Origin: an uncultured Gammaproteobacteria bacterium
GTDB lineage: Bacteria; Patescibacteriota; Microgenomatia; Levybacterales; UBA12049
Direction: 5' to 3'
Assembly: GCA_964490105.1 (NCBI GenBank)
Contig: CAZAZU010000001.1
Location: 155,440 to 219,439 of the forward strand
Length of the DNA stretch: 64,000 nt
Below, in pieces: positions 27,598-38,261 of this stretch. The notes beneath the pieces are model-generated. The model was not told where the DNA came from, made no database searches, and saw nothing but the letters and a program-made list of their open reading frames with translations. The stretch's first letter is position 1, and every line of letters starts with the position of its first letter. A program made the position numbers and the translations under genes.

Positions 27598-28563
27598 TTA
27601 ATTTCCTCCAGCAAATTTTTTAATAACTTCTTTAAGTTTTTCAATTGAATCCTCATCATAAATAGAAACTTCTAGAATCTCTAGTCTCTTTTTTGAAAAT
27701 ATTTTTTTGTTTTCCTTAAGCTTTTCCCGGGTTGCTAAATCTTTTTTTGTAAAAATTATTATTTCAGGTTTTTCTAAAAGTTCTGGGTTATATTTCTGAA
27801 ATTCTCCTCTTACGATTTCATAAGCTTTTTTTGGATCGGTTTCAGTAGAGTCAATGCAGTGAAGGATAATTTTAGTTTTTTCAATATGTTTTAAGAATCG
27901 TATTCCTAATCCTTTTCCAGTAGAAGCGCCTTCAATAAGTCCTGGAATGTCCGCAAGAGTAATGCTATCTAGCATTCCAATATTTGGCTCAAGAGTTGTA
28001 AATGGATAATTACCTATTCTTGGCGTTGCGTTTGTTAAGACAGCTAAGAGACTACTCTTTCCTGCATTTGGAAGTCCAGCAAGTCCGCCGTCGGCAATTA
28101 TTTTTAGTTCAAAAATTAAATCTTTTTCTTCCCCCTCGCCTCCCGGCTCAGCGAATTTTGGTGTTTGACGGGTAGCGCTTTTAAATTCATTATTTCCGCG
28201 TCCCCCCACTCCTCCTCTAGCAATAAGAATAGGTTTGTCGTCCCGTATTTCAAAAGTTTGATTAGATTTAGCGTCAGTTACTTGAGTTCCAATTGGGAGA
28301 AGGATGGTTATATGTTCTGCGTTTTTTCCGTAGAGATTATTTCGTCCACCAGGGACTCCGTCGATTCCTCTAATTTTTTTCTTAAATCTAAATTCCTTAA
28401 GGTCATTAATATTTGTGGATCCCTGAAGAAAAACATTTCCGCCGTTTCCCCCATTTCCGCCATCGGGGCCGCCTTTTGAGGTTTGGCCATTTCTAATAAA
28501 GGAGACTGCACCGTTTCCCCCATTTCCTGCTTTTAAATTTACTTTTACGTAGTCAACTAACAT
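27598..28563 (-). CDS. obgE: GTPase Obg
   Basis: Gly-rich Obg fold, GLPNAGKS, YPFTT, DIPG. Confidence 0.96.
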   Translation of the reverse strand: MLVDYVKVNLKAGNGGNGAVSFIRNGQTSKGGPDGGNGGNGGNVFLQGSTNINDLKEFRFKKKIRGIDGVPGGRNNLYGKNAEHITILLPIGTQVTDAKSNQTFEIRDDKPILIARGGVGGRGNNEFKSATRQTPKFAEPGGEGEEKDLIFELKIIADGGLAGLPNAGKSSLLAVLTNATPRIGNYPFTTLEPNIGMLDSITLADIPGLIEGASTGKGLGIRFLKHIEKTKIILHCIDSTETDPKKAYEIVRGEFQKYNPELLEKPEIIIFTKKDLATREKLKENKKIFSKKRLEILEVSIYDEDSIEKLKEVIKKFAGGN

Positions 28564-28570
28564 ATCTTAA

Positions 28571-29782
28571 TTATTCCACAAAAGTTAACGCAATTCCTCT
28601 TTTTCCAGCTCTTCCAGTTCTTCCAATTCTGTGAACATAATCTTCATATGAAGCAGGTTCATCGTAATTTATAACGTGACTTACGTCTTCAATGTCTAGT
28701 CCGCGAGATGCTACATCTGTTGCAAGTAATATGTGAATGTCCCCATTTTTAAATCCGTCTAATGCTCTTTGGCGTTGTCCTTGTGATTTATTTCCATGAA
28801 TTGAAGCAGCTCTAAAACCTCTCATGATTAAAGCTTTAGAAAGTTTTTCTATTCCCCATTTAGTTCTGCCAAAAATTAAAACTTTACTAAATTCTTCTGT
28901 TGCTAATAGATCATGGAGCATGTCCAATTTTCTATTTTTATCAGTTACCCTGATGATGTCTTGTTCGATAGTCCCTGCAGTTTCTTGAGTTTTTACAGAA
29001 ACAGTGACCGGATCAGTCACAAAATTCTGTAGAATTTCTTTCGTCTTTCCATCCACTGTTGCTGAGAAAAATAAAGATTGTCTTTTTTGAGGAAGCTGGG
29101 AAATAAGATACTTAATGTCATGAATAAATCCTATATCGACCATTCTGTCTGTTTCGTCCAGAACTATATTTTGAAACATCATAAGATTTAATTTTTTACG
29201 TTGGACTAGATCTTTAAGTCTTCCTGGAGTCCCGATTACAAAATGAGGGTTATGTCTTAAGTTAGATTCTTGTCTGTGTAGGTTTGCTCCGCCGATGCAA
29301 ATTAAGGCTTCCAAATCTGTTCCTTTTGCAAAAAATTTGAATTCATCTTTTATTTGCATAGCGAGCTCTCGGGTTGGCGCCATAATTAAAACTCTTTCAT
29401 ATTTATTTAGATAAGATTTATTTATAAGTGGGATAAGAAATGACGCAGTTTTACCAGTTCCTGTGTTTGCAATACCAATTACGTCCCTGCCATTTATAAT
29501 TGCGGGAATTACTTGATCTTGAATAGGAGTGGGTTTTTTATAACCGTGTTCTAAAATATTTCTTTTAATTTTTTCATCAATTTGGAAAGTCTCAAAACTA
29601 TTAATCGGCTGAAATGTTTCTTCCTGAACTTGTGTAATTGCTTTATTAACATAAATATTCGGATTAAGTTTTTTTACCTGGTGTCTTCCTCCGCCAAAGG
29701 ATCTGGCGTTTCTGTTTGGTCTTCCTGAGTAATTATTTCTTCCACTTTTGAAGGAATTTCTGTTGGAGTTTTGGTGGTACAT
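28571..29782 (-). CDS. DEAD-box family RNA helicase (motif II reads DETD)
   Basis: TGTGKT, PTRELA, TPGR, SAT, HRIGRTGR. Confidence 0.95.
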   Translation of the reverse strand: MYHQNSNRNSFKSGRNNYSGRPNRNARSFGGGRHQVKKLNPNIYVNKAITQVQEETFQPINSFETFQIDEKIKRNILEHGYKKPTPIQDQVIPAIINGRDVIGIANTGTGKTASFLIPLINKSYLNKYERVLIMAPTRELAMQIKDEFKFFAKGTDLEALICIGGANLHRQESNLRHNPHFVIGTPGRLKDLVQRKKLNLMMFQNIVLDETDRMVDIGFIHDIKYLISQLPQKRQSLFFSATVDGKTKEILQNFVTDPVTVSVKTQETAGTIEQDIIRVTDKNRKLDMLHDLLATEEFSKVLIFGRTKWGIEKLSKALIMRGFRAASIHGNKSQGQRQRALDGFKNGDIHILLATDVASRGLDIEDVSHVINYDEPASYEDYVHRIGRTGRAGKRGIALTFVE

Positions 29783-29783
29783 A

Positions 29784-31592
29784 TTAGATTAATCCAAGGG
29801 ATCTTTTTCTTCTTTCCTCTATTTCGTCAAGAATAATTTTTCTAATTCTTATGTTTTTTGGAGTTACTTCTACTAATTCATCATCTGAAATATATTCCAG
29901 TGCGTCTTCTAAGTCCATAGTTTTTGGAGTTCTAAGATAAACAGAAACTCCTTCTCCCTTTGATCTGTGATTTGTTAGCTGCTTAGTCTTACAAACATTA
30001 ATTCTTATGTCTTCACTTCTTGAATTTTGTCCTATAACCTGTCCTTTATAAACTTGAGTTTCAGGGCCAAGAAAAAGCACACCTCTGTCTTGAAAACCTG
30101 TTAAAGAATAGGTATTAGTGACACCTGATTCGTGGGAAACGAGTGAACCTTGCTCACGCTTTAGGGCAAATCCTGAATCCGGTGCATATTCAAAGAAAAG
30201 TGTGTTCATGATTCCAAGTCCTTTAGTGTCTGTTACGAATTCACTTCTGTAGCCGAATAAATTCTTTGTAGAAATTACAAATTCCATAAAACAAATCCCA
30301 TTTTCAGTTCTCATGTCTTTCATTTCGCCTCGTCTGCCCCCCATTTTTTGAATTACAGTTCCGCTAAATTCCTCAGGACACTCTAGATAAACTTTTTCAT
30401 AAGGAGTTAAGGTTTTTCCGTCAATCACTTTATCAATTACATGAGGACGTCCTACTTGGAACTCATAACCTTCTCTTCTCATTCTTTCAATTAGAATCGC
30501 AAGATGTAGTTCTCCACGACCTGAGACTATCCATTCATTTCCGCTGTCCTCTACTCGAAGCGCCATGTCAGTTTCTAGTTCTTTATAGAGTCTGTCTCTA
30601 ATCTGGCGCGAAGTTTTAAATTCTCCCTCCCTGCCTGCAAAAGGAGAACTATTTACTGAAAAAGTAGCTCTAATAGTAGGTTCTTCAATTGAAAGAACAG
30701 GAAGAGCTATGGGGTTAATTGGGTCTGAAATAGTCTCTCCGATCACTGGTTCCGGAATTCCTGAAATTGCAACTATGTCTCCAGCTTCCGCTTTTTCAAT
30801 TTCCACTTTACCAAGGCCTTCAAAAGTTACCAAAGATGTTATTCTGTGTTTTAAAACTTCACCGGTTCTTTTTATCTGAGAAATTTCCTGACTTTTATTA
30901 ATTGTGCCATTATAAATTCTTCCGATCGCAATTCTTCCTTTATGAGAGTCTCTTGATAAAGTTGTGATAAGAATTTGAAGTGGAAGTGCAGGGTCGCCTG
31001 ATGGAGCGGGAATTTCTTTATGAATCATTTCAAAAATTGGATTAATATTTGTCATTTCCTCGAGTTTGTCAGATGTTCCTGCAAGTCCGTTTTTTGCTGA
31101 TGCATAAATTATAGGGAAATCAGCAGAATCATCATCTGCTCCAAGATCTAAAAATAGATCCAGTGTTTTATCTAAAACATGATGGATTCTAGCGTCAGAC
31201 TTATCGATCTTGTTAACTACTACGATAATTTTTAGCTTCATTTCGAGTGCTTTTTTAAGAACAAATCTTGTTTGAGGCATTGGACCCTCTTTAGCGTCCA
31301 CCAAAAGAAGACATCCATCTGCCATTTTTAGAACTCTTTCTACTTCTCCGCCAAAATCAGCGTGTCCAGGAGTGTCGATGATGTTTATCTTCGTACCATT
31401 CCACATGACTGATGCATTTTTAGAGAAAATTGTGATTCCTCTTTCCTGCTCGAGCTCATTACTGTCCATGATGAGAGACTGTGCAGTGTCCTTATGCATT
31501 TCAGTCTTTGACTGTTTTAAAAGCGCGTCAACTAAAGTCGTTTTTCCGTGATCGACGTGAGCGATTATTGCGATGTTTCTTATATCTTTCAT
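29784..31592 (-). CDS. typA: Translational GTPase TypA/BipA
   Basis: AHVDHGKTT, GRGELHL, LVEVTPKNIRIRK. Confidence 0.97.
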   Translation of the reverse strand: MKDIRNIAIIAHVDHGKTTLVDALLKQSKTEMHKDTAQSLIMDSNELEQERGITIFSKNASVMWNGTKINIIDTPGHADFGGEVERVLKMADGCLLLVDAKEGPMPQTRFVLKKALEMKLKIIVVVNKIDKSDARIHHVLDKTLDLFLDLGADDDSADFPIIYASAKNGLAGTSDKLEEMTNINPIFEMIHKEIPAPSGDPALPLQILITTLSRDSHKGRIAIGRIYNGTINKSQEISQIKRTGEVLKHRITSLVTFEGLGKVEIEKAEAGDIVAISGIPEPVIGETISDPINPIALPVLSIEEPTIRATFSVNSSPFAGREGEFKTSRQIRDRLYKELETDMALRVEDSGNEWIVSGRGELHLAILIERMRREGYEFQVGRPHVIDKVIDGKTLTPYEKVYLECPEEFSGTVIQKMGGRRGEMKDMRTENGICFMEFVISTKNLFGYRSEFVTDTKGLGIMNTLFFEYAPDSGFALKREQGSLVSHESGVTNTYSLTGFQDRGVLFLGPETQVYKGQVIGQNSRSEDIRINVCKTKQLTNHRSKGEGVSVYLRTPKTMDLEDALEYISDDELVEVTPKNIRIRKIILDEIEERRKRSLGLI

Positions 31593-31820
31593 AATAAAAA
31601 TCCTCTCTATTGCTTCTGCTTTTTTGGTTTAATTCGAATTTGGCTCGAAGAAAAAAAGAGGGATCAAGTTGTATTTAAACAACTCGTTAATTATAGCAGA
31701 AATAAAGCTAAATTGCTTGTCCTATAGTTTTGATCTTACTGTCTTCTTACTCCTGTGATATCGTTATCCCTTGTCTATATTGTTAAATACAGGCTCTACT
31801 AAAAGAGAGGAGGTGAAAAA

Positions 31821-32567
31821 ATGATAAATAATAAGAAAAAACTAACTACAGCGATTGTACTAGGGTTATTTGTTTTTGCTTTTACAGCAAACACATCGCT
31901 AGCAGCTTTTAATGTACGAATAAATGGAAACGGATCTGATTCTGAAAACAGAGTCAGAATAAATAGCGATTACAAGTTAAATGTGTCTCAGTCTAACAGA
32001 GCAGACTTTAATAACAAAATTAATGTAAGTTCTAATACAGGCGGAAACGACGCAAATAGAAATAATCGAGGAGATGTTTCCATTCATACTGGAAATTCTA
32101 ATACTTCAGTTGAGGTTTCAAATCAAGCCAACTTAAATCATATATATCTTAGTCATTCAAATGACGGGAGTGGTAATGGCGGAAATGGAGACAATGGACA
32201 CAAGGAATATAAAAAGTTTCATGTATCCATGAATGGAGCACAAGAAGTACCAGGACCAGGAGATCCAAATGGATGGGGTATGGCTAAAGTAGCTGTAATT
32301 CCTTCCATGGGAAAACTTTGTATAGCTATGCATGTCGGTAATATTGAGCCTGCAACGGCAGCTCATATCCATGAAGCACCAGTTGGTGTTTCTGGACCAG
32401 TGGTAATCAACTTGCCTACACCAGATAGCAATGGTCACGCGAAGGGATGTGTGGATGCTGACTCGAACAAGTTAACAGAAATTAAGAATAATCCTTCTAA
32501 TTTCTATGTGAACGTTCATAACGGTCCATATCCTAATGGAGCTGTACGAGGTCAATTAAGTAATTAA
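31821..32567 (+). CDS. Secreted CHRD-domain protein with Asn-rich N-terminal region
   Basis: GAQEVP, AAHIH..PVG..GPV, FYVNVH...P.GAVRGQL; SD GGAGGTGA. Confidence 0.88.
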   Translation: MINNKKKLTTAIVLGLFVFAFTANTSLAAFNVRINGNGSDSENRVRINSDYKLNVSQSNRADFNNKINVSSNTGGNDANRNNRGDVSIHTGNSNTSVEVSNQANLNHIYLSHSNDGSGNGGNGDNGHKEYKKFHVSMNGAQEVPGPGDPNGWGMAKVAVIPSMGKLCIAMHVGNIEPATAAHIHEAPVGVSGPVVINLPTPDSNGHAKGCVDADSNKLTEIKNNPSNFYVNVHNGPYPNGAVRGQLSN

Positions 32568-32589
32568 AACTTAACTGATAGTTCTTTCT

Positions 32590-32615
32590 AAAACCTGCCC
32601 AAAGCGGCAGGTTTT
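32590..32615. terminator. Bidirectional terminator
   Basis: AAAACCTGCC-CAAAGC-GGCAGGTTTT between convergent genes. Confidence 0.8.
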
Positions 32616-33036
32616 AGTTTGTGGTAAATGTCATACCGAGTTTACTTGCTTCATTAATTATTTTTCTAAGTAAGTTGGTATCTATGTCTTCCATCTTTTT
32701 AAACCTGATACAGCTCCTGCCTATGGATGCCTTAGGAAGTTTATCTTTATATTTTTCAGCAACATATTGTTTTCCGTCTGCAGCGCAAATATAAAGAGAA
32801 ATATAGTTTTTTCGACTGGCAAGAGCAATAAGCGGCCAATCGCCTACTCTTCCTGACTTAGATTTATAATGTTCACTTCTAAAACCAATCATCCCAGAAA
32901 TAATATATGGTTTGTCTTTAGGCATTTCATCTTTAATTAACTCGAAAACTTTTTTTGTTTCAGTTTTCTCTGGTTCGGGGAGCATTTCTAAGTATTCATC
33001 GGGAGTCTTTGCTGCAGTTGGCTTAAACATGTTCAT
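32614..33036 (-). CDS. DUF1801/YdhG-like protein
   Basis: LASRKNYISLY, GRSCIRFK. Confidence 0.8.
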   Translation of the reverse strand: MNMFKPTAAKTPDEYLEMLPEPEKTETKKVFELIKDEMPKDKPYIISGMIGFRSEHYKSKSGRVGDWPLIALASRKNYISLYICAADGKQYVAEKYKDKLPKASIGRSCIRFKKMEDIDTNLLRKIINEASKLGMTFTTN

Positions 33037-33043
33037 AGGCCAA

Positions 33044-36000
33044 TTATACAATATACTCATTCCACGACTTAATCTGAAGTTCTTCAACTGGGATTTCACT
33101 AACTGCTTTTATGAATAATTCTGCTTTCTTTAGATTTGTAAAAAGAGTGATATTATGGTCCACAGCAGAACGTCTAATAGAGTAATCATCATTAATATGT
33201 TTTTTCATATAAATATCATTAATATTTATTGCGAGATCAATTACTCCTTTTTGGAAATATTCTAAAATATTTGGAGATTTACCTTCGTAAATCTTGTGAA
33301 GAATATTCACTTTCACTCCGTGCTGAGTCAGAAAATTTGATGTTTTTTCAGTTGCATAAATTGGGATATTTAATTTATTAAGATACGGCACCATATCTAA
33401 AAACTTAATTTTATTTTCATCTCCCCCAAGACTTACGAAAATTCCTTTTTTTGGTATTTTTTCTCCAACTGAAAGTTCTGCTTTTAAAAATGCTTCTTCG
33501 ACTGTATTTCCAAAGCAGGCTACTTCTCCTGTTGAGGTCATCTCTACGTCTAGTACAGGATCTGCTCCTGTTAATCTAGAAAAAGAGAACTGTGCAACCT
33601 TTACTGCTACAAAATTATATTTAGTAAAATCAATTATTTTTTCCTTTTTACATTTTCCAAAAAAAGCATCTACTGACTGTTCCATAAAGTCTACTCCGCT
33701 AACTTTTGAAATGAAAGGAAATGTTCGCGAGCTTCTAACATTTATTTCAATTACTGAAATTTCATTATCTTTCGCAAGACACTGAATATTAAATGGCCCT
33801 GTGATAGATAGGTTTTTTACTAAAGATTCAGCTATTAATCTTAACTTCTTAAATGTTTCTATGTAAATTTTTTGAGCCGGAAAAACAATTGACGCATCTC
33901 CTGAATGCACGCCGGCATTTTCTATGTGTTCTGATACTGCAATTGCTTTAATTATTCCATCTTGAGCAACTCCGTCGATTTCAATCTCCTTAGCATCCGT
34001 TACGAATTTCGAAATTGTCACTGGATATTCCCTTGAGATAATTGACATTTTTTTAAGGAAAGATGATAACTCATCTTCTGAAAAGATGACTTTCATGTTG
34101 CTGCCGGAAAGCACAAACGAAGGTCTAACTAAAACTGGGAATCCTTCTTTTTTCGCAAATTTTGAAGCTTCTTCTAATGTATTAAATTTATTCCATGCGG
34201 GCTGTTTAATTTCAAGCCTATCAAGTAACGCTGAGAATCGCGTTCTATCTTCGGCCATCTCTATATTTGAAGGATCCGTTCCGAGAATGTGAAATCCATA
34301 TTCTTTTAATGATTTCGCCCTGTTATTTGGTGTTTGTCCGCCCACAGAAACAACCACTCCAAAAGGATTTTCAAACTCATAAATATCTGCAATTCTTTCA
34401 AAAGTCAGTTCTTCAAAATAAAGTTTATTTGAAACATCATAGTCAGTTGAAACTGTTTCCGGATTACAATTAATCACTATAGTTTTCTTTTTGTGTTTTT
34501 CTAAAGCTCTTATCGCAGCTACACTTGTCCAGTCAAACTCTACAGAAGACCCAATTCTATAAGGACCGGATCCAAGAACTATAACCCCATCTTTTTTAGA
34601 AGGTGAAATATCATTATGGGACCCGTTGTAGGTAAGATAAAGATAATTTGTTTGAGCCGGGAATTCTCCTGCCAAGGTGTCAATCTGAAAAATTGAGGGA
34701 ATGACATTAAGTTTTTTTCTTATTTTTCTAACTTCAAGTCCCTTTTTATTTACGAGTTCTCCGATTCTTTTATCGGAAAATCCTAATTGTTTAAATTCCA
34801 GTAATTCATTTCTATCTAAGATGAGTTTTTTATTAGATTTTAATTTTTTCTCGTGGTTTGTTATGTTTTGAATTCTAAAAAGAAACCATGGATCAATTCC
34901 CGTAAGAAGCCTTATTTCTTCAGTGGTAAAACCTCTTTTATAAGCCTCTGAAATTGCAAACATTCTGTTTGGTGTGGGTTTACTCAGCGCATTCTTTAGT
35001 TCAAGTTCAGATGCATCGCTAAATAATTTATCATTAACTATTCCTTCAAAATCTAAGTCAAGCATTCTTATTGCTTTTTGAAATGCCTCACCAAAAGTAC
35101 GCCCAATTCCCATGACTTCTCCAACCGACTTCATACTGCTTCCGATTGTTTGATCTGCATTTTTAAATTTATTTATGTCCCAGCGGGGCATTTTTATGGT
35201 CACGTAATCCAGCGCTGGTTCAAAGCAAAATTGAGTAGCTTTTGTTACTCTATTTGTGAGCTCAGTAAGATTTTTACCAAGCGCTAATTTGGCTGCTACA
35301 TATGCTAAAGGGTATCCAGTCGCCTTACTTGCAAGAGCCGAGCTTCTGGAAAGGCGGGCATTAAGTTCAATTACATAATATTCCAGTTCTCCGTTTTTAG
35401 GATTTGGGTTAAGCGCAAACTGAACATTACATTCTCCTACTATTCCAAGGCTTCTGACAATTTTTATCGAGACACTTCTTAGTTTATGGTATTCATTATT
35501 TGTTAAAGTCTGACTAGGGGCAATAACTATTGACTCACCGGTGTGAATCCCTAAAGGATCCATGTTTTCCATATTACAAACAGTTACGCAGTTGTCGAAA
35601 GAATCTCTAACTACTTCGTATTCGATTTCTTTATAGTGATGAAGATATTTTTCGACCAGTACTTGTTTTACGAAAGAGAAAGCAACTTCTAAAATTTTCC
35701 TAAGCTCTTTTTCATCCGCCGCAATTCCAGATCCCTGCCCGCCCAATGCAAATCCCGCTCTTACCATAACGGGATACTTTATCTCTTTTGCAATTTTTAC
35801 TGCGGTTTCAACATCTGTTGCTGATTTACTGACTGGAGTAAAAACTCCTAGCTTTTTAAGATGCTGTGCAAATTTTTTTCTGTCTTCTGAAATCTCAACT
35901 GCTGAAATTGGTGAACCCAGAATTTTAACTTTATATTTTTTAAGTGTTCCGCTTTCGTCTAGGGCTAATCCGCAATTTAACGCAGTTTGTCCGCCGAATG

Positions 36001-36253
36001 AAACAAGAATTGCATCGGGTTTTTCTTTTTTTATAATTTTTTCTACAAAAAAAGGCGTCACAGGGAGAAAATATACGATATCCGCTAAGAGTTTGGAAGT
36101 TTGAATTGTAGCTATATTTGGATTAACCAAAACAGTTTTTAATCCCTCTTCCTTAAGAGCTTTAATAGCCTGAGAACCGGAATAATCGAATTCTCCAGCT
36201 TCACCGATTTTTAATGCTCCTGAACCCAGGATTAATACCTTTTTTACTTTCAT
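33044..36253 (-). CDS. carB: Carbamoyl-phosphate synthase large subunit
   Basis: GEFDYSGSQA, NPNIATIQT, GIHTGES, NPETVSTDYD; MGS-like tail. Confidence 0.97.
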   Translation of the reverse strand: MKVKKVLILGSGALKIGEAGEFDYSGSQAIKALKEEGLKTVLVNPNIATIQTSKLLADIVYFLPVTPFFVEKIIKKEKPDAILVSFGGQTALNCGLALDESGTLKKYKVKILGSPISAVEISEDRKKFAQHLKKLGVFTPVSKSATDVETAVKIAKEIKYPVMVRAGFALGGQGSGIAADEKELRKILEVAFSFVKQVLVEKYLHHYKEIEYEVVRDSFDNCVTVCNMENMDPLGIHTGESIVIAPSQTLTNNEYHKLRSVSIKIVRSLGIVGECNVQFALNPNPKNGELEYYVIELNARLSRSSALASKATGYPLAYVAAKLALGKNLTELTNRVTKATQFCFEPALDYVTIKMPRWDINKFKNADQTIGSSMKSVGEVMGIGRTFGEAFQKAIRMLDLDFEGIVNDKLFSDASELELKNALSKPTPNRMFAISEAYKRGFTTEEIRLLTGIDPWFLFRIQNITNHEKKLKSNKKLILDRNELLEFKQLGFSDKRIGELVNKKGLEVRKIRKKLNVIPSIFQIDTLAGEFPAQTNYLYLTYNGSHNDISPSKKDGVIVLGSGPYRIGSSVEFDWTSVAAIRALEKHKKKTIVINCNPETVSTDYDVSNKLYFEELTFERIADIYEFENPFGVVVSVGGQTPNNRAKSLKEYGFHILGTDPSNIEMAEDRTRFSALLDRLEIKQPAWNKFNTLEEASKFAKKEGFPVLVRPSFVLSGSNMKVIFSEDELSSFLKKMSIISREYPVTISKFVTDAKEIEIDGVAQDGIIKAIAVSEHIENAGVHSGDASIVFPAQKIYIETFKKLRLIAESLVKNLSITGPFNIQCLAKDNEISVIEINVRSSRTFPFISKVSGVDFMEQSVDAFFGKCKKEKIIDFTKYNFVAVKVAQFSFSRLTGADPVLDVEMTSTGEVACFGNTVEEAFLKAELSVGEKIPKKGIFVSLGGDENKIKFLDMVPYLNKLNIPIYATEKTSNFLTQHGVKVNILHKIYEGKSPNILEYFQKGVIDLAININDIYMKKHINDDYSIRRSAVDHNITLFTNLKKAELFIKAVSEIPVEELQIKSWNEYIV

Positions 36254-37290
36254 ATTTTTTCTAAGAAATAATCAAAAATCCATTCTGTGTCTTCCGGACC
36301 CGGAGTTGCTTCAGGGTGAAATTGGACAGACATTATCGGGCGTGTTTTATGAATAATGCCCTCATTTGAGCCGTCGTTAGCATTAATAAACCATGGCTTA
36401 AAATCTTTGGGGATTCTCTTTACCTCAAACCCATGATTTTGTGTTGTTATATAGCACCTATTAGTTCCTACCATTGTGCAGGGTTGATTCTGACTTCTAT
36501 GTCCATATTTTAATTTTCCAGTGTCGCCTCCTGCAGCAAGCGTTAGAAGTTGATTACCTAGACACACGCCCAGAATCGGTAATTTCAATTTAAAAAGTTT
36601 TCTTATATTCTCAATCGTTTCGGTTACGAATTTTGGATTTCCCGGGCCGTTCGAAATTACCACTCCATTAATCTTATCCATAAATTTGCTTGCCGTTAGA
36701 TCGAAGTCCCATGGAACTGTAATCACATTTACCCCTCTTTTGCTTAGCGCCCTTTGAATATTCTTCTTTGCACCGCAATCAATTAATAAAATATTTTTTG
36801 CATCCTTTGAAATCTCCTTAGTTGTTACTTTGGAGGTTGAAACTTTTTTAACAAGATTTTCATTATCAGGGTCATAAAAATTTATATCTTTTCCATTAAC
36901 TATTTTTCCAAGCACTGTTCCTTTTTCTCGAATTGTTTGAGTCAGAAGTCTTGTGTCTTTTATTTCGAGTGCCGGTATTCCCTCTTCTTTTAGCCACTGC
37001 CCAAGCGTCTTTCTGCTTTGAAAATGATACGGAGTATTTATATATGTAGACACAATTAACCCTGAAATCATAATTTTATCCGCTTCCCAGAATTTTTTAT
37101 CAGGAATTCCGTAATTTCCGACCAAGGGATATGTGAGAATTAATATCTGGCCTTTATAGGAAGGATCTGTTAAGGATTCAGGGTAGCCCATCATGCCGGT
37201 TGAGAAAACTACCTCCCCTGCTGATGGACTTTCCGCACCGAAGCTTTTTCCGGTAAAGCTTAATCCGTTTTTAAGTACTAACTTATTCAT
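36250..37290 (-). CDS. carA: Carbamoyl-phosphate synthase small subunit
   Basis: TDPSY, SNGPG, GVCLG, QFHPE. Confidence 0.97.
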   Translation of the reverse strand: MNKLVLKNGLSFTGKSFGAESPSAGEVVFSTGMMGYPESLTDPSYKGQILILTYPLVGNYGIPDKKFWEADKIMISGLIVSTYINTPYHFQSRKTLGQWLKEEGIPALEIKDTRLLTQTIREKGTVLGKIVNGKDINFYDPDNENLVKKVSTSKVTTKEISKDAKNILLIDCGAKKNIQRALSKRGVNVITVPWDFDLTASKFMDKINGVVISNGPGNPKFVTETIENIRKLFKLKLPILGVCLGNQLLTLAAGGDTGKLKYGHRSQNQPCTMVGTNRCYITTQNHGFEVKRIPKDFKPWFINANDGSNEGIIHKTRPIMSVQFHPEATPGPEDTEWIFDYFLEKI

Positions 37291-38261
37291 GCTTTACCCA
37301 GAATTAAACTTAATAGGGCCATTCTTATGTACATTCCATTCCTAACTTCTGATCTAAGATACTGAGCACGCGGATCCTGATCAACATCAAGAGTTATTTC
37401 TCCAATTCTGGGAAGCGGATGCATAAAAATTGTATTTTTTCCAGCGAGCTCATTTATAAGATTAGTATCTAAGATGAATTTATTTTTTACTTTTTCGTAT
37501 TCTTTTGTGTTTTTAAATCGTTCTTTTTGTACTCTAGTCCAATACCAAAAATCTGCATTTTTTGGCATGTCTTTTTCTGAATCTATTTCGATTAATTTTA
37601 TGTTGGCATTTTTAAAATTTAAGTGATCATTTTTTGAGAGCCTTAATTCTTTTGGAGACAACAGATAAAGAGTATTATTTTTAAATTTAGAAAGTCCCCG
37701 AATTAAAGAATGAACAGTACGGCCATTTAACATGTCGCCAGCCATTACTCCCGTTAACCCATCGAGTTTTTTTGTATGCTCGAAAATAGTCATCAAATCT
37801 AGAAGTGCTTGGGTTGGATGTTCTCCGATTCCGTCACCTGCGTTAACAACTGGTACAAGCTCTGCGGTCTCAGCAGCTTTTAATGCAGTTCCAGCAACTG
37901 GGTGTCTTATTACTATTGCATCACAGTAAGATTCAAAAACTCTAATTGTATCTTCTAAGGTTTCACCTTTTGAGACTGAAGAAAATACCTGAGGGTTAAG
38001 AATCTCAACCGTTGCGCCCCCGAGTTGTTTAATTGAAGCTCCAAATGAGCCGAAAGTTCTTGAAGATGGTTCATAAAAAATAAGGGTAACGATGTTACCC
38101 TTAAGAATATCCGATGGCCTTGCATTTTTTGCAATGCTGCGCATCTTAGAGGCTTGCTTAAATAGAATACTAATGTCTTTAGGAGTGAACTGATCTAAAG
38201 AGATGATGTCTTTGCCCTTAAAGTCTCCGTCTATGGGGTCAATTGTTATTTTTTTAACCAT
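37287..38261 (-). CDS. pyrB: Aspartate carbamoyltransferase
   Basis: EPSSRT, KGETL, HPTQ, RVQKER, HPLPR. Confidence 0.96.
   Translation of the reverse strand: MVKKITIDPIDGDFKGKDIISLDQFTPKDISILFKQASKMRSIAKNARPSDILKGNIVTLIFYEPSSRTFGSFGASIKQLGGATVEILNPQVFSSVSKGETLEDTIRVFESYCDAIVIRHPVAGTALKAAETAELVPVVNAGDGIGEHPTQALLDLMTIFEHTKKLDGLTGVMAGDMLNGRTVHSLIRGLSKFKNNTLYLLSPKELRLSKNDHLNFKNANIKLIEIDSEKDMPKNADFWYWTRVQKERFKNTKEYEKVKNKFILDTNLINELAGKNTIFMHPLPRIGEITLDVDQDPRAQYLRSEVRNGMYIRMALLSLILGKA

Noticed and set aside
33044-38261. Alternative genetic code (TGA recoded)
   Set aside because: TGA terminates carA and pyrB in ATGA overlaps and the long ORFs are intact under code 11.
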